Assembly (NCBI GenBank): GCA_012295275.1
Contig: CM022670.1
Location: 25,358,001-25,422,000, forward strand
Direction: 5' to 3'
Length of the DNA stretch: 64,000 nt
Source: Chrysomallon squamiferum
Lineage: Eukaryota; Animalia; Mollusca
The position numbers and the translations under genes were made by a program. The notes under the pieces are model-generated. The model had not been told where the DNA came from. It worked only from the letters and a program-made list of their open reading frames with translations, and searched no databases. Below, in pieces: positions 1 to 13,237 of this stretch (position 1 is its first letter; each line of letters begins with the position of its first letter).

Positions 1-2941
1 CTTTTATTAGAAGAATCAAAGAATTTTTTTCCAGATAGAACTGTGATAACATTTTGTTTCTTTCTTGTTCTTTTTTAAATAGGCAATATTGGGGCATCTA
101 AGTGCATGGGTTTGACATAGGTAATAGGCATTTCACCATGAAATCAAAGGCTGCAAATCATTGTAAATAAGTAAGCTGTAGCCAAAACAGAAATAAAGAC
201 TCCTTGAATGTTGTGGGTATAATAAAACAGGTAAAGACATAAAATAAATGTGTTCTGTACTATTTATTTATTTTTCCACTACAAATATTTCCAATCATAT
301 GACTTCGTTCCACAATTTTTTCATTTACAGTAATATATTGTGCAGGTACAATACCACATGGATGACAAATAGAAAAAACAACAAAAATAATATTTGTTCT
401 CGATGGCATTTATTCATTAATATTCAAAAGAATTCACAGACGAACCACAGATTATCACAACTTGTGTATTTTCTGCACCCAGCAATGATATTGTAACATG
501 GTAAATACACTGGATAAATATTAGATTTCAGTAACTTAGATGAAATCATTAGTAAGTTAGTTTTCTAAAAAAGAAAAAAAATTAAAAACACAAAAAATAA
601 ATACAATAATAACATTTTTAAATACCAATAAAATAAAATGTAATCCAATCTGCACTATGTCTTTGGTTACAAAACCCAGTTAAAAAGTCCAATAACAAAT
701 GTAACTTGTTTATAGTATTACAAATATAACTGTGACTAAAGACAAGTTTAATCTCATAATTCCATCTGGCAAGAGTTCTAGATATGTAAATCTGAAGTAT
801 GCCAACATAATAAAAGTAACTTTTATGCAGTTATATACAAGCCATTTGTAACTCTTTTTCCCTCCTTTTTTATGCTACATATGCATGCTTCATTTTTTTA
901 ATATACAATTACTTTTCACAGTAACCCACAATCCACCCATACACATACTCAAAAACAAAATTAATAAGAAAAAAAAAAAAGGTTTAAAATAAGGGAGATT
1001 TTTTCAGTTGATACATTTCACACTAATCTTAATAATGATTTAAATGGGACTGTTTTAAAAAAAATGCAGAAATGATAGAGCTCAGCAGGAATGTAATTTA
1101 AAGACCATGGATAGCTTCTGAAAAGGGAATAACTGCAATAAAATAAAATATACTATATTAATAAAAAAAAGAAATACATCTGAACCAGTCAGGGATAAAT
1201 TAAAATTAGAAGAGCAAAACATTTTTTGTTAAAGTATAAGTCAAGAAAAACAAAATTTTAAAAGTCTCATTTCAGAACATCTGATTGAAACAAAATATGA
1301 TATTCTGCAGTATGCCGAAATTTAACAAAGACATTTAATGTAAAAGGGAATGGATAAAATGCTTAACATACTGCCGAAATGATAAAAAGGCTGAGCTCCA
1401 TTCTTGTTACTGAATAGATTACTTTAAACAATGAAAAATAATTAAATAATTTTGTTTTTATCTTAGAATACAAGCATATTCAGAGTACAAAACTATTTAA
1501 TTTGTTTTGTTTTTGTTTGTAACCAATAACTATTTATCTCTAATTAAAAAAATGTTAACGCTTATTTTACAAAGAATAAACGTTTCACTGATACCGTATT
1601 ATAAATCCTAACGTTTTATCTTCACATATGGTCAGCATGTACTTACAAGGGCAAAAAAAACAAAACAAAATAAAAAACAGTTAGAAAAGATGTTAAAACA
1701 ATCTTAAGTTTCAATACAGCAGCTGCCACAATCTGATAGCTGCTAGAATCCAAAAACTGTATTTACAATAAATCCACACATCAACCTAGCAACAGCCTTT
1801 TTTGTTATGTTAATATGAAAAGGTATTGATGACAAATTTATTGTTGTCCATCACACCATACTGGAATGGTCTGAAAGACATTTTATAATAAAATAGGAGA
1901 CTACTTATCACAAACTATAGATAATACCTTTATGAGCCCCTTTGACTCGGTGATCTTTATTCGGGATTCATTAATTAATTGCTGCCTTTTTTTTATTCTT
2001 CTGTCTCCCTTCTGTTAAAAGGTACAAAAGTTTTTTAAAATTTCTTTTTTTTCCTTATTTACATACCTATAAATTACTACATGTACAGCTGTCACTACTA
2101 TCTTTACATCTGTAATACAACATATAAATATATATACATACTGAGATACTCTTACACATACACAAAGGACAGACAACATTTTATTATTTTTTTTTATATA
2201 AAATTTTAGTTGTTTTTTATTTTTTATTTTATTTTAATTATTTTTTTCATTCCTTTTTTTTTCTTTTTATATCTTTCTTCTATTTTTTTCTTCAGTTTTA
2301 AAACAAATATTTTTCTAACAACATCAACACATTTAAATTACATAATATATTAACTTGCATGCATTTCACTAATACATACAGTTTCCAACCAAAAAAAAAT
2401 AAAATCATTCTGAAGGGCATTATAAATGAACCTGCAGTTATCTCAAACCAAAATATCAGTGTAAAGAAAGCTACAGAAAGAAGACAGTAAGAAGACAATT
2501 CACAAAAAGTTATTAAAATAAACTAATTTTTATTTAAAATAGTTATAGAAGCATAAAAACTTCTCAAAATGTAATTTAGAAAATAATATAATGAACATTT
2601 AAAAGAAATTATAAAAGTTTTAAGAAAACTGTGGTCAATGATTTTAACAATAAAATTAAAATTATATATAAATATTTTTGAACATTAATTGTTGCCCATT
2701 AATATTCTTAGTAAATAAAATAAATAGAAATATAAATTGTTCATTATAATAGATAATGATAACAATAAAATAAATAATACCTGATCACTGAATATTATTT
2801 TAATAATACCCAAACAACAGATAAACGTATTTTTTGATTATATTATAAACAGACTTTTCCTAATTTCAGAAGTAAAGAATAATTTAGAATTTGAAAACTG
2901 ATAGTAAAGAACTAAATTAATATTTTTGCAAGACAAATGAT

Positions 2942-5900
2942 TCAGTTGGCACAAACAGCCACTGCAGGTGGGCACATCTCTATATCGGAATCGTGATGCA
3001 CCACTGAAGCACATGATGCCCATGTTGTTACTTTCTCTTCTTCATTATACAGCCGCTTGATGCTGTCGTAAATTTCGTCGGTGTCTGTCTGTTCCACCTT
3101 CCTTTTCTTTGAAGACTGTCGACATTTCTTGAATGAATAGCGTGTCTTCAACTGACTGCTTTGAACAAGAAGATTTGTGATCATTTCTCTGCATCTGATA
3201 AGATCTTCATTTTCAACCTACATAGATTAAGAAATATAATTGTTATTATTATTTTAAACAGATTAAAGAGCTCTTGAAAGATATTTCAAAATGCAAAATG
3301 TGTGAATTTCAGAAAACAAAAGTAAATATATGCATAAATGTATTACACCTTTCTTGTCAAGTTGTATATTTTACAGTAACATTGTTCAAATTAATTTCAT
3401 TCCTTTTAAAACTGAATGAAATTAATTCGAACAATGTTACTATAAAATATTATTTGTGATTACCTATATTTAAAAACTCTCATTTTTGTTAACACCTGAT
3501 CCATTTAATAATCAGAATAAAACATACCTTAATCATACTCTGCAGAACAGCAATGGTAGGTAGCCATGATGAAATGATCTGTTCCAATTCCAAGCTAAGA
3601 AGAGAAAGAACAACAGTGGCAGGTCGAATACTCTGGATCTCATGGTAACACAGACAGGTGAAAAGCTTCTGTGTTAAGAGTGCCAGATGATCCAGGGGGC
3701 ATCATGTGACACAGAGCATCCAACAGACTGGGGTTGTGCCACATCAACAACGCATGGAGCTGAAAAAGAGGAATGAAAGATACAGATGATCATTTCTATA
3801 GTTGTTGTTTGGTGTTTCATTTACAAATTCTAATATTAAATACTCCTTGTAATGGAATATGTAAACTTTTTTGTCTGTCTATTTTTTAAATAAAATTCTA
3901 CATATATAAAAAATTTAATCTGTTCTTGAACATATTCCCTTATATTTGAAAACAAAATTTAACTGTTCTTTTTCTTTATAACTTACAATATGCAAGAAGT
4001 CAATAGCAGTCACAGTAGTGATGTTCCATGACAGTTTATTTAAAATAACAGCCTCCATTCTCAGAACTTCTGCCACAGAACAACCACATTGACTCTCACG
4101 CACCAGCTCCACTGTGATAGGCACAATCTGAAAATAAACACACATTACAGTTTCTAACAGAATCTGTTCCTCAATTTGTACTGAATTAAATGAATAAGAA
4201 TATATAAATACAACAGAACATCTGAACTTGAATTCAGGTGTATATATTATACAATGGTATGCTGAAATTGTGGGTCAATTTGTTTTAAATAAGCTCTTGA
4301 AACATCTTTCAGTTGTGTTTAAATATACATATATTTTCAATCTATTATGAATATGTTTTAAAAATCTTGTTCTCATTTGGATAAATATAAATATAATCTA
4401 CCACATTTTCAGACACAACATTATCCAGAAATTCGTGATGTTATTAATGACATCACACTTACTTCATCTTCTTCAAGTGTTTTGGCTGCTATGTAGAAAC
4501 AGCTGACAGCTACACACTGCAGATACTTGGGACGAACCTAGTTTATAATTAAAAATAAATAAAAACTTCTTGTACAAGTAATGAAATAGGGTATTTATGT
4601 GAATATTCAAGTTCAATCCAAACTAGCCAATCTGATATTTAGATGGTACTGAAACAGGAGAAACAAGATTTATTTTGGATGCACTGATAATAACATAACA
4701 AACTATTTAAATAGACTGAGGATAAAACTCCTTAATAATATTTTAGTTCATCTATATGGTTATTAAGCTTTTTCAATGATATCCCTGCATGTATTTACAC
4801 ATTTTTCTCAAACATAAATATAGATCTACCTTGACATGGCGAAGAAATCTATCCAACAATGAAATGGCCAGAGCACCAGTCTCTGGCATAAAATTGAACT
4901 TTTTGTTCAGGTGGACCACCCAGATGGCAATAGTATCTCTCTGCACAGCAGATACTTCCTGAAATAAAATGTTACAACAATGTATATTTTTAACTGGCAA
5001 AAATTAATAAATGCTACATCTAAAATTCTTTTAAAACTGAATGAAATTAATTTGAACAATGTTACTTGTTAAATATTATTTATAATTATATATATTTATA
5101 TATATATACGATTTTGCAGTGAATATATATTGAAGGTAACAATGTATAATTTAAACTCTATACTAGCATACTGTAAGTTAGCCATTGAGAAACCAGCATT
5201 TAATGATAATACAGTTTTCAGTTTGTTGTGTTATATTAAGTCCATCAAACAGTAACAACAACAATGATGATGATGATAGTTAAATAAATAAATACAAAAT
5301 CATGATGGAATTAAAACTGAAATAATTTTAATTACGATTTCCCCTTTCAAACAAGTATATGTGGGATCTTACTATACCACTTCTCTAGTTTCTTTCTTTC
5401 TTTCTATATATATTAGAACTATGACTAGAAAGATCCAAATTTTATTATTATTACATTTTTGTTAGTGTCTTCCCGGATAATACAAATAGATTAATGCATT
5501 TTGTTTTGCAATTCCAATGATGAAATAAATTTTGGTGGGCCAGTATTTTTTTTTATTTTATCTCACACACATATGTGTAAACAAACATACAGTGCACTCT
5601 GTGAAAAACTGAAACTTGACAAATCCAGATTTCTGTGTAAACTTGCATTTTTCAAAGTCCTACCCAGCTACAGTTAATCCATTATGAACAAAACTCTGAA
5701 TATATCAAATGCTGCTTTTTTTTGGATTTTGTGTTCAAATTCCAGAATGAAAGAACAATGCATATAGCAATTAATTTTGTCTGCACTGGCAGTTTTGAAA
5801 GTATGCCTTCTTAAACAATGACAGCAATTTGCAGATAATTAGGCTACCACTAAAGATCAAATAACTGCTTCTTTAAAGGCTTAATAATTACTACATACAG

Positions 5901-6621
5901 TTGTATCAACAGGATTATTGTCAGTATGTGCAGATAAGGGAACTGACTCATTTAGATCTATTTAGCGTGAAAAGCAGCAGTCTGCATAAATATGTATGGC
6001 ACATATTTTGTGTGTCATGCAGAATTCATAATCGCAAAGTCACTATAAAAACCAATATTTTGTTGGTTCCAAGTGAATCCAGTTTTGACAGTCAGCTGTG
6101 TGTGTGTGTGTTATCAAAATGTTGAATTCCTGAATGGTTTTACCTAATTTATAAAATCTTTATTTTATTTCTACTGATGATCAGAAAATAGTCCAGCAAA
6201 TTTAGTTTTTGTTGAATTCTGCTGATTATATATATATATTTATATATGCATTCATTTATATAAATATGTATATAAACATACACATTTGATTATGGAGCAT
6301 TTAATGATATACATCATTTTAGTTTTATGAAATTTCAACACTCATTTAATCATTTTTATCTGATCTTACTAATAAGAGAAATATTTAAACATTTTCATGC
6401 TTTTGCAGAAATATTCCACACAGATATGTAGACAACTGATTAGTTTTTTTATAACTATGGTATTTTTGACAAAATGTTTTAATGTCAACTTAATAATGAC
6501 TTACTGGGCCATCATTTGAAAGAAACAATGGTTTCCATTGTTGTTCTTCACCATGCAATGCTCTCCCCAGCATCTGCATCAGCTGCCTAGCATCCAAAGC
6601 ACTCTGAAGCCTCATCCCCAT
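2942..6621 (-). CDS. CCNI: Cyclin I (6 coding exons, ~320 aa; one apparent 1-bp frameshift in exon 5)
   Basis: Coding exons (minus, all GT-AG, phase 0): 6621/6615-6505 (MRLQSALDARQLMQMLGRALHGEEQQWKP), 4958-4830 (EVSAVQRDTIAIWVVHLNKKFNFMPETGALAISLLDRFLRHVK), 4537-4463 (VRPKYLQCVAVSCFYIAAKTLEEDE), 4127-3987 (IVPITVELVRESQCGCSVAEVLRMEAVILNKLSW), 3759-3528 (LHALLMWHNP...HLALLTQKL...LSLELEQI), 3217-2942 (VENEDLIRCREM...KRKVEQTDTDEIYDSIKRLYNEE...CPPAVAVCAN*). The cyclin box and the C-terminal KRKVE..YD.IKRLYNE motif are characteristic of cyclin I. Confidence 0.95.
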
Positions 6622-7559
6622 CTACACCAATGGTGCACCAAGATTCCTGAAAAAAATATAACATATTATGTAACAAACCTTAAAAAATAAACTGTACTCA
6701 AGAAATTATTTCTGATATTAAATGACAGTTATAAATCATAACAATTTATCTATCTTAACTGATGGCACCTCAATTTAATTATACTTTTAATGTAGAAGAA
6801 ATTTAAATAATATGCAGATTGAAAGCTTGGGATTCATATTGACAGGTCTTTGTTTCAAATATGGTAATTAAAAACTTCTGTCACTGTTATTCACTTTCTT
6901 TTTAAACTGCTAACTGCATATCTTGGAAAGTTTTAGACATTCTGTTATAAGATTTCTTCTGACAAGTGCAATTAGTAAGATGTGATACTTTTAATCTGGT
7001 ACTATTTATATTTAGTAATCTGTGACAGAACAGGACAAAGAATCAAAATTAGAAACTGCTTGTTACATTATCATTTTAATTAAGAAGCCTTTCGTGACTA
7101 TACCACTGAGAATGTAATTTGTTTTAAGTATCTTGAATGAGATAAAGATATTTATAAATTAGTCTGTACTGTAACTAAAAGAATATTTTAATTATTTAGA
7201 CAGTCATTTGTAATTAGTAATTACCATTATAATTATTATAATAAATATAATCAACTAAATAGGGATTATATTCTTTGGCCAGTGCACGCCATGGTGGGTA
7301 TTCGGATACCAGGATAGCTGAACTCGAATGGATTCTAGCAGTTTTAAGTTTAGGCCTGACGTTATTAATAATATTAAATACCATGATTCATAGTAATGCC
7401 ATTATTCGACCCACTGTGACTGTCGATAAATGATTACATGATGATGATAATGATGATTACCATCCAGTTTGAAAATAAGCTGATTTAATTTGTTTTGTTT
7501 TTTCTTTAGAACAACAATAACAAGAATAAGAATAATATTATGTTTTACATTTATACATT

Positions 7560-8310
7560 CTTAAATTTCGCATGCGCAGATAGAAGCTTTATTGATTATT
7601 AGGTCAAATCTGACATTTGTCAGTCAGTGTTAAATAAAATTTTCTGTCTTCGAAAGGTTACTTACCCGGGACACTTTGGAAAATAAGGACTCTCCCTGGT
7701 CCATAAAAAAGATATGTCTATTACATTTACTGCCCTGATACTTCCATCGTGGATATTTAATAAAAGATCAAAAGAAAAAAAAAGAAATGAAGAAAATCGT
7801 TTCGACAGTCGTCTGGATATGATCTAAAAATAGATACTGTTCAATTCCTGAGCGGTAATTATAGGAACTATATCCATAAATTATATTTAAATTTCTTGTA
7901 AAGATTTATGAAATGGAAATTATAATTATAGTATTCATTTATTCAAAATTAAATATTGGTATTTAGCTTAGTGACAAATGATGTATTTATTTATCATATT
8001 TTTAAAGGGAGTATATTGTTTAGCGCACAGATGTATCAGTACATTGGCGGACGAATCCATTCTCATGACAGCAAGATGAAATAGTCCAGTTATAGGATTG
8101 CAGGTGCTCGTTTCAGCTTTAATCAGTCAGGTATATTTTTGTGTTGGTAAAGATTAAATTAAATGCATTTTGTCTGTACCGTGTAAACCATATTATATGT
8201 TCATTGTGTAGTTATTTCTTTCTTGGTAGTTGTATTTTATAAATAAGATATCGGTTAACCAATGAACATATTCAATACAAAACATTTAAAGCTGCTAACC
8301 AATCGCTGTC
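7560..8310. promoter_or_regulatory. Putative bidirectional promoter region shared by cyclin I and cyclin G
   Basis: Lies between divergent start codons ~1.9 kb apart and is locally richer in CpG. NRF1-like CGCATGCGCA at 7569-7578; CCAAT/ATTGG boxes at 8043, 8259 and 8299. A minus-strand donor (G|GTAAGT at 7666/7665) and a plus-strand donor (CAG|GTATAT at 8130/8131) suggest non-coding first exons. Confidence 0.5.
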
Positions 8311-8529
8311 CTTTTAACATTCGTAACTCACTTCGTTGGGTGACTTTTTTGTTGACTAGTCAATATCTTTGTTTTCAGTTTCATCCAATGAATGATAAAA
8401 ACGTGAATTCTGGCTTGCCGCCAACATTCAAAGCTCATCTGTCAAATCAGCTGTGCCAAGTGTTTGATTTTTCGTACGAGAAGTAGGTAAAACAATACAA
8501 AGAAAAAAATCTGCCTTCTCGTCAACATC

Positions 8530-11500
8530 ATGGTCATCCACAAGTTATCACACTCCTGGGAAGACAATGGATTCCTATTATCGGCTACAGACGAACAGCT
8601 AAATTTGACGCATAAACATTTTTTGGTAAACATTATTTATTTTAAAGAAATGGATCATCAACATAAATAACTTTTGGTTCCAGAAATCGTATTAATACAT
8701 TTCATATTTAATTTTTTATTTAGATAAATTTTAATCATGATTACATATATAATTATAACTAAACACGTTCGTGTTCTCTTGTGTTATAATTATTATTACA
8801 TGATGATGGATGATCGGCTTCATTAGTTGATACTTCGATTAGCAAAAAATTACAGTACCAATCGATCAGCATTAATGGTTAAATGATTCCGCTGATTTTC
8901 TGTGTGGTACTATAGTTTTATTATAACCTTCATTTAGTGACTGAAATAATAATAAAATGTATTTTGACAGTTTGCTTGAAATGTAAATATTTACCACATA
9001 AAATTGATAAATGGTAATATTTTACTATTAGCTAAATCCTGTTAAATCACAAATAATACATAGTACACTCATTCACATTTTGTTTTTAATAATTTTAAGC
9101 AAAAACAATGTAATTTGTAAGAAATAAAGATCTAGTATTTTCCCTCTTTATGATAGGCCAGAGAAAATGCCTTATTTATTGTCTAAAATTTACCAAGAAA
9201 CAAAACATCTGACTTTCCTCCCCAATAAAATATTTATTTGAAAATAATTTATATGATACCTGGATGAGGCTTTACCGTAGTAGTTTTAGGTAGAGCAATC
9301 TGCACACTGGAATAAGTGCATAATGTATACCAACCTAGTAACAGAGTCAAAGAAAATATGGATTTACTCCAATAAGCAGTACTGACACATTATTAACCTC
9401 AGATTTTACTGTGTAATAATCTCTTTAATACACCATAAATAAAATTAGTCTTATGAACTTTGTTTAATCTACCATACAACATTTGATCAGATTCACCCAT
9501 AGTTAAGTAGTTAAGCTAATTTAGTGTAATTTTTATTTATTTATTTATTATATTTTTGTTTACAAATCGGAAATCTTTTTACCATCTTGAAGTGTAATGA
9601 AAAAAATTAATATTAAACATTCATGTTATAAGAAAAGAATTATCAATATTCATTATTTCTTACCTATTTTTCAGACTCCTGAAGATACTGAAAAACTAAT
9701 TATTGCTGCCAAAGGCATTTTGTGTAGTCATTCTTCTGTGTTAAATCTGGTAAGTTTGTTTAAAAACATTTAACAATTTGAAATTAAATCTAAATTTTAT
9801 AAGTTTTATAAAATACTTCTTAGTTTTGGCACTGTATTTCTAATTATTTTTTCCAATCACATTTTCACTATATGTTATTTAAATAATTTATTACTATTTG
9901 TGTGAAATCAGTTGCTTAACACTGTGTTAAGATAGAATTTTGGATGTTAATATCCAGATACAAATAATTAGCCTAAGAACATTTGTATCTTTTGAAAAGT
10001 TTGTTTTATTAATAGACAAACATGAATAGAATAACACGGTCATGTGGTTATACTGATGTCGACTGTTTTTCCATTTAATGTGACGTTATTTTGTAAGGCC
10101 GACACTTTCCCTAACCTAATACTTTTTGCTTTATATTCATATAGTTGAATATACTTCAGTTAATATAAATGAGGAATTGATTTTTGATTTTTGAAACAAA
10201 ACAAACAAAAAATAATTCATTTACAAATACTAAAATATTGACAGGAATGATACATCTTTGGATTTTGGGGATGACAAGGATTTGGTTTTGTCTAACAGAT
10301 AAGTGTTCCTTTTTTTAACAGAATGAAGATAATTTCCAGTTCAGGTCCAAGGCTCTTACACTGATTAGATGTTTACATTTATTCTTTGGATCCCTGCCAG
10401 ATACTTTTGCTGTTGCTGCTAATGTGTTAGATAAATTTTTGGCCATTGTTAAGGTATTTATAAGTTTATATCTGTTTATCTATCTATATCTGTATATATA
10501 TATATATATATTCAAACAGCCATGAAATTTAAATTCTTGTAACAAATGTGGTTTTCTATGACTTTTTATTTATTAATTTATTTATTTATTTATTTTGTTC
10601 TTATTTTATTTTATATTTTTATTTTTTAAAATCTTTTTTTATTTTTTTTCCTTTTTGAAGAGCAGCATAATAATGTAATTATTTGGAAAATGAAGCTTTA
10701 ATTGTTTTGATTTCATCTTACAGATAAATTATAATCTCTTAACTGGTGAAAACATTATAAACAACATTATTTTAAAATCTGTAAATATTATTTTCGTTTC
10801 TCTTTTAGTAAACTTTGAAGGAGCCTGTGAGAAGGAACTAACTGCTGATATTTTTTTTTCTTAACTGTTTTCAGATTAAAGAAAAATATCTAAGTTGCAC
10901 TGCATCTGCCTGCTATTTTATTGCAAGTAAAATACACCAAGAAGATGAGGTATTTCATTTTATTTTAATTTTGCATAGTTTAAAAACTGTTAAGATTAAT
11001 TAATATCACTAAACTGAAATATTTTTAGAAGACCATTAATATTAATTGTAAAAATGGCAGAATTTTTTTATAAACAAACCGGAAATCAATTACATATTTT
11101 GATCAAATTTAATTAGAGATATTAAAACTATGTGTTATGATTTAAAAAAAATAAACAAACATATTATTTTAGTAGTGTTACGTGTCTGTGTGTGTGTGTT
11201 TTTTCAAGTCAGTTATTTAAATAGCCATATAAAGATCAAATAGAAAGTTTTGTACCACAGAAAACTTTAATTCAGTTATACATGAACTTACATGTCTGTT
11301 CAAGTATTTCAAATGGGAACATCATTGTTTGCAATTTGTTATTTATACAGGAACTCCCTACCACAGCTGTTCTTGCTCATCTCCATGGTAACAAATGGCG
11401 TTCATCTGATCTCTGCAGAATGGAAAGAGTTATTCTTCAGAAAATTAAATGGAATGTTTCAAAGACTACCTGTCTTAGTTTCCTCCGTCTTTTTTATGAA

Positions 11501-13237
11501 TTGTTTGCCAGATGTCTTCCTGAAATTGAGTCCAGTTGTTGTCTTGAGACATTGCTGGTCTTAGCACAAAACTGTATAAGACTAGGCTCAAGTACAGTAT
11601 TCAAGGTACACATTTTAAATTGTGATTTTAATGTTTATATTTTGGCCAAATTCTTAATGCTTATTATATTAAATTTTCAGTTAATTGGCACTGATAAAAA
11701 AAAAAAAAATAATAATAATAATACTAATCATCGTTTTTGGTTTTTAAGAAATGACTAAATCTGGAAAATGAAGGATTTGATTAAAACATCCAAGTTCCAA
11801 GTTATTTTTATATTTATTTCTAAACTGGAGAATAAAATATATGTTTGATTACATATTTGGGCACCTGATATATTTCCTTCATGAATTGCATCTGATACAC
11901 TTGTATTTGAAATTCAAAATTTAATTGAGTTGGAGAATTGAGATTTGGTGGGCTATAGAAACATCTTCTTCCAAAACCCAGTAACAAACTAGATCTTTTG
12001 GAGGTGTCTGCTTATACAACTATGAATGTTTTAAATTATCAGATATAATTATTTTAACTGTGATAGCTTGGTCAGAGACTGATACACATATTTTGGAAAT
12101 GTTTGCACACTTTTAGTATTTTTAAATATTGATTTTGTAATAGTTTTATTTGTGTGGCATATTGGTTTCATTATTTACTTAGTTTATCCAGTATGCAAGA
12201 TCATATGTCTCTTGCAATATGAATGTTCATTATTCATCCATCAGAAACTAGTAAATATTTGAATTTTGAAAACTTGAACTTCCTGAAACTTCATCTATTT
12301 TTCTTTTCTGTTCAAGTTCACATTATTGATTTTTGACTGTATTTTGTTTTACTTGTGAAATATAAAGTATTTAATCCTTTTAGTTTTACATATCACAAGA
12401 TATTTGGCAGTTCAGCTATATATTTATTGGACTAAATCTTCATTTAGCTAAAATGTCTGTCAAAGAAACGTCTGCAGGTTAAGTGATTGGGAGCCACATA
12501 TTCAGCATGAATTTTACTGATGAGTATCTGGCACTAATTTAATCAGTTGCTAGATGTTTTTCTTAAAATTTATCTAAATACTTTTATTATTATTATTATT
12601 ATTTTTACATATATGTCATATGGTTTAATGACCATCTATAATGCAGTTTTCTGTTTTCATTTTAGCCATCAACTGTATCATGGTGTATTATACACTATCA
12701 TTTAAAAGAAAGACAACTTCTACTGCCATTAGCTAGAACATTTCTTTTGTATGTCCAGCAGATTTGCCAAGTGAGTTGAATTTCAGGTTTGAGTTTAACA
12801 ACTGGTTGTTAATAAAAATGCTGTTTTATATCCAAAAAGATACATTTCTATTCAAATGTTTACTTTAAATTTTTTAATGTCATGAATTCTGCACCTTTTA
12901 AAATTCACATTTCATTATATTTCAATTATATTTTTTCATAATAATTATTTTTCTGTTCTAACTAATATTTATTTTCAAACCATTTTGTTTCCCTTTACTT
13001 CAGAGATTCAAATTTCACCATATACATTTTTTACCATCTTGCCTTTTTCAGATTCATGACTCAGAAATTTTTGAATGTAACCAACTTTTGCTGAAGTGTT
13101 TCAGTGAACCAAGACAAGAAAAAGTAAATGCTAGATGTTTATCACATGTCTTTCCCTTTGCAAAAGTGAGATGTCGACCTAGTTCAGAAGGAGAATCAGA
13201 GTTACCTGTTATCGCAGAAGATTGCTTGGGAAGCTAG
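8530..13237 (+). CDS. CCNG: Cyclin G-like protein (7 coding exons, ~307 aa)
   Basis: Exons: 8530-8625 (MVIHKLSHSWEDNG..., least certain), 9675-9749 (TPEDTEKLIIAAKGIL), 10322-10453 (FFGSLPDTFAVAANVLDKFLAIVK), 10875-10949 (IKEKYLSCTASACYFIASKIHQEDE), 11351-11605 (SDLCRMERVILQKIKWNVSKTTCLSFLRLFY), 12666-12770 (PSTVSWCII), 13052-13237 (...ELPVIAEDCLGS*). All joins are phase 0 and open. The cyclin box and the C-terminal LPxIxE are typical of cyclin G. Confidence 0.88.

Noticed and set aside
1-2941. Short ORFs downstream of cyclin I
   Set aside because: AT-rich 3'UTR or intergenic sequence with no coding signal.
8388-9749. Stop-codon readthrough in cyclin G: ORF 8388-8486 ends TAG|GT, in frame with the next exon
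   Set aside because: A simpler model exists: ATG 8530 to donor 8625 joins exon 9675 in frame with no stop.
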